From the IMG/VR virus record IMGVR_UViG_3300050021_000500, positions 19,915 through 83,914 of that record: 64,000 bases of DNA. One strand, given 5' to 3'. This document shows, piece after piece, positions 61,546 to 64,000 of the stretch (the first letter of the stretch is position 1; the number at the start of each line of letters is the position of its first letter). A program made the position numbers and the translations under genes. This stretch comes from a virus. The notes under the pieces were generated by a model that was not told the origin of the DNA, ran no database searches, and saw only the letters and a list, made by a program, of their open reading frames with translations.

Positions 61546-62226
61546 TTATTTGGTGACTGTGGCTGCCCTGGCGAGCATGCGGTTCGCCATGGCGGTGGTC
61601 ATGATTTGCAGGTCTTCCGGACTGGCATCGAAGAAATGCCGGCGGGGTAAGTGCTTGGCCCCTTCGTTGTGGCCCCTGGCGCGCTCCGCCTCTTCGCCGT
61701 AGAAGCCCACGTGCATTTGCGAACAGGGCTCGTGCTGGGAGAACGCGTCCATCTCCCCGATGCCCGCCACCAGGTCCGCCGACATATCCAATTCGCTGCC
61801 GCCGGCCTTGACGATCATGGCGTTCATCATGTGCGGATGCTGAACCATGCCGAAGAGGTCTACGTTCGATCTGCCGTGCGCGGCCTTGGCGGCGGCGTAG
61901 GAGTCGTAGCGGATGCCGAGCGGCGTGCGCTTGCCGCTTTTGCCGGTTTTGGCGTAGCGACCGGCGGTCTGGCTAGCCCGCTGCTCGCGTGTACGACCGC
62001 TGTGGCCGTCCGGGTAGAAATAGTAGACGTGGCTGGATTCATATGGCGCGAAGGGCGCCCCGTTGACATCCACACCGTTCTGCGTGCGCTGCACGATGCG
62101 CGAACGCAGGATCTGGCCGGCCAGCAGGATGTCGCCCTGCGTCGGCACGAACGCCAGTTGCAGGTTGTGGACTGCGGTGATCGGGTCCTGGCCGCCGGGG
62201 CCGAGGAAGGTTGCCAGTTGCGCCAT
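61546..62226 (-). CDS. Neck/virion morphogenesis protein
   Basis: RIVQRTQNGVDVNGAPFAPY..HNEGAKHLPRRHFF. Confidence 0.75.
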   Translation of the reverse strand: MAQLATFLGPGGQDPITAVHNLQLAFVPTQGDILLAGQILRSRIVQRTQNGVDVNGAPFAPYESSHVYYFYPDGHSGRTREQRASQTAGRYAKTGKSGKRTPLGIRYDSYAAAKAAHGRSNVDLFGMVQHPHMMNAMIVKAGGSELDMSADLVAGIGEMDAFSQHEPCSQMHVGFYGEEAERARGHNEGAKHLPRRHFFDASPEDLQIMTTAMANRMLARAATVTK

Positions 62227-62254
62227 AATGTATATCGGTAGTAATATCGGAGTA

Positions 62255-62506
62255 GTGAAGGAAACCAAAAGCGAATGTTTGCTGATTCGGCTATCGCGCG
62301 ATGACCGGAAGGCTTTAGAGCGGCTCTCCGCACGGTGGGGCACGACTCTAGCCGAGGCTGCGCGCCGCTCCATCAGAGAAGTGCAGGACATCCAGTTCTT
62401 GGCGAAGGACCGCAAGGCACTGGAGCGTTTGGCCGCGCGTTGGAATACGACTCCAGCCGAAGCCGCGCGCCGCAGTATTCGGGAGGCGGATGAAGCAGCC
62501 CGATAA
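62255..62506 (+). CDS. Tandem-duplicated ribbon-helix-helix protein (moron)
   Basis: DRKALERL.ARW.TT.AEAARRSIRE occurs twice. Confidence 0.75.
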   Translation: MKETKSECLLIRLSRDDRKALERLSARWGTTLAEAARRSIREVQDIQFLAKDRKALERLAARWNTTPAEAARRSIREADEAAR

Positions 62507-62684
62507 GCTCACGCCGGCGCCGCCCGAGGTCGAGGCGCACCACCGGGTCACAATCAGCCTCATGGGCAAACGGTACGCCATCGACTTCACAGCGACCGCC
62601 CAGGAACTCACCAGCAACGTGGTCGAGATCAGGCCGCCTTCGCCGCCACGGCTGGTTCTTTTGCCGCCGTCTCAAAAGACGTAG
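62490..62684 (+). CDS. Small hypothetical protein (moron)
   Basis: GGAGG RBS; overlaps the RHH gene. Confidence 0.6.
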   Translation: MKQPDKLTPAPPEVEAHHRVTISLMGKRYAIDFTATAQELTSNVVEIRPPSPPRLVLLPPSQKT

Positions 62685-63486
62685 TGTCCAAAATTACGCT
62701 GTGCCGGCAGTTGAATCCCCCACAACTGATGAAGGGCTGAGGGATTTGGCCGTTAGGGTAGCTGTTGAATTGTTCTCGCGTGAGCCCTTTTTCTTCGGTG
62801 CGCGCCAGCATGTCCTCGCACCAAGGCCTCGTGAGGGCATCGTCTGGTCCGGCAAGTTTGTACTTCAACTCCTGCTTCGGCTCGCTCGCCTCGATCACCT
62901 GGAATGATCGATCCGCCGCCGTCCTATAGAACATCGTCATGGCGGAATCGGCTAATCCCACCGCGCGCGGCACGCTCACGGCCAGTTTCTCGGCCAGCGT
63001 CTGCGCCAATTGCCCGAACTCCAGGCCACCCACTGAGAGCATGCTCCGCTGCATGACCGAGCCAGCCACGCCTTCCACCACGGCGTTCAAGGCGTCGGCC
63101 GCGGAGAGTTGGAACGTCCATAGCACCGGATCCGCGCTGAGGTTGGCGATGGGTAGCCCGCCCTGCACCTGGTCGCTCAGAAGCTCCAGGATCTCGTTCA
63201 GGTACGGAAGCTGCCCGGGGAACTCGCCCACGAAGGCCGTCACCAGCCTCTGATAGCCCGCCTGGTCCATGGCATCCAGAAATAGCTGGTTCAGCTTGCG
63301 CAGCGTCCGGTAGTTCGCCGGCGTCTGCTCGATCACTCCATCTGTGATGCTCAATTTCTTCTGCAAGTCGGCCAGAACTCTGGCCTGCGCCTTGGTCACA
63401 ATCTCCTGAAGGTGAGTTTCGAAGGTGTGGACAAGACTGTCAACGTATCGGCTGTGGGCGTTATGGATTTCCTGGAGGGAGGACAT
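62629..63486 (-). CDS. Minor head protein (MuF/SPP1 gp7-like)
   Basis: GPDD..TRPWC..GGFNCRHS. Confidence 0.8.
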   Translation of the reverse strand: MSSLQEIHNAHSRYVDSLVHTFETHLQEIVTKAQARVLADLQKKLSITDGVIEQTPANYRTLRKLNQLFLDAMDQAGYQRLVTAFVGEFPGQLPYLNEILELLSDQVQGGLPIANLSADPVLWTFQLSAADALNAVVEGVAGSVMQRSMLSVGGLEFGQLAQTLAEKLAVSVPRAVGLADSAMTMFYRTAADRSFQVIEASEPKQELKYKLAGPDDALTRPWCEDMLARTEEKGLTREQFNSYPNGQIPQPFISCGGFNCRHSVILDTTSFETAAKEPAVAAKAA

Positions 63487-63492
63487 CTGGGT

Positions 63493-63999
63493 TTAGTGAA
63501 CTGCTGCCTCTATGGCGACCCCGGACGCGCCATTCTGCACAAATGACCCGCCGGCATCGTAGTACTTCACCTGGTAAAAAGCGACGTGCATCGGCAGCAC
63601 GGGCAGCGTGATCGTGCAGGACGAGGAGCATGGCGCCCGCGTGTAGGTGTCCGTGGTCTCGAACCAGAACGGCGCGGCATCGGTGACCGTACTTGCCACC
63701 GCGACGCAGGCCTCTCGGCGCGACGAGCAGTAGTGCTGTGCCACCGTCCCCTGCTCAAGGTAGCCGAATTCCACCGTGGCTGTCGCGATTCCCAGCCCGG
63801 TCGGCGGGGTGATCGGGATAGACGCGCGCACGAAGGTTGAGCGGTCCACGGAATCGCCAGCCGTGAACGGTGGGAGCTTGGCCATCAGGACTTGCGAAGG
63901 CGGGAAGTGTGCGGTGTCGCCGTAAGCAAACAATAAGTTAGAACCATCCGCTAGGGGCTTGGCAGTTGGATAGTCATTCGTCTTCCGCAGACTAGTTAG
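63493..63999 (-). CDS. C-terminal part of a larger protein (truncated by the window edge)
   Basis: Frame stays open to the window edge. Confidence 0.65.
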   Translation of the reverse strand, partial: LTSLRKTNDYPTAKPLADGSNLLFAYGDTAHFPPSQVLMAKLPPFTAGDSVDRSTFVRASIPITPPTGLGIATATVEFGYLEQGTVAQHYCSSRREACVAVASTVTDAAPFWFETTDTYTRAPCSSSCTITLPVLPMHVAFYQVKYYDAGGSFVQNGASGVAIEAAVH

Positions 64000-64000
64000 C

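Overview
This window is one continuous, GC-rich stretch of a tailed (siphovirus-like) phage or prophage. The host is possibly an Acidobacteriota, inferred only from protein style. Layout: a leftward block with a ParB-like gene, a serine recombinase and several transcription factors (sigma, NusG, DksA, LuxR-type, a lone DHp domain; 1-6 kb); a leftward early operon of small genes with a RecB/Cas4-like nuclease (5-14 kb); a divergent control region (13.8-14.2 kb); a second serine recombinase; a leftward anti-defence operon with a Dam-like MTase, an AcrVA2-family gene and an internal hammerhead ribozyme (16-20 kb); a candidate origin and a long rightward replication/accessory operon (21-38 kb); and a leftward tail, neck and possible lysis module (38-64 kb). 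The most unusual feature is ten copies of a 93-100 bp element. Each has a covarying bulged hairpin (ACCGT/C internal loop, GGCTCT foot) and an outer motif of about 9 bp. The copies form five inverted pairs that each enclose different cargo (protein genes, a DNA methylase, a tRNA plus a structured RNA), and they are often translated in frame with that cargo. This looks like an undescribed gene-cassette or REPIN-like mobilisation system. All calls come from reading the sequence by eye; no searches were run.
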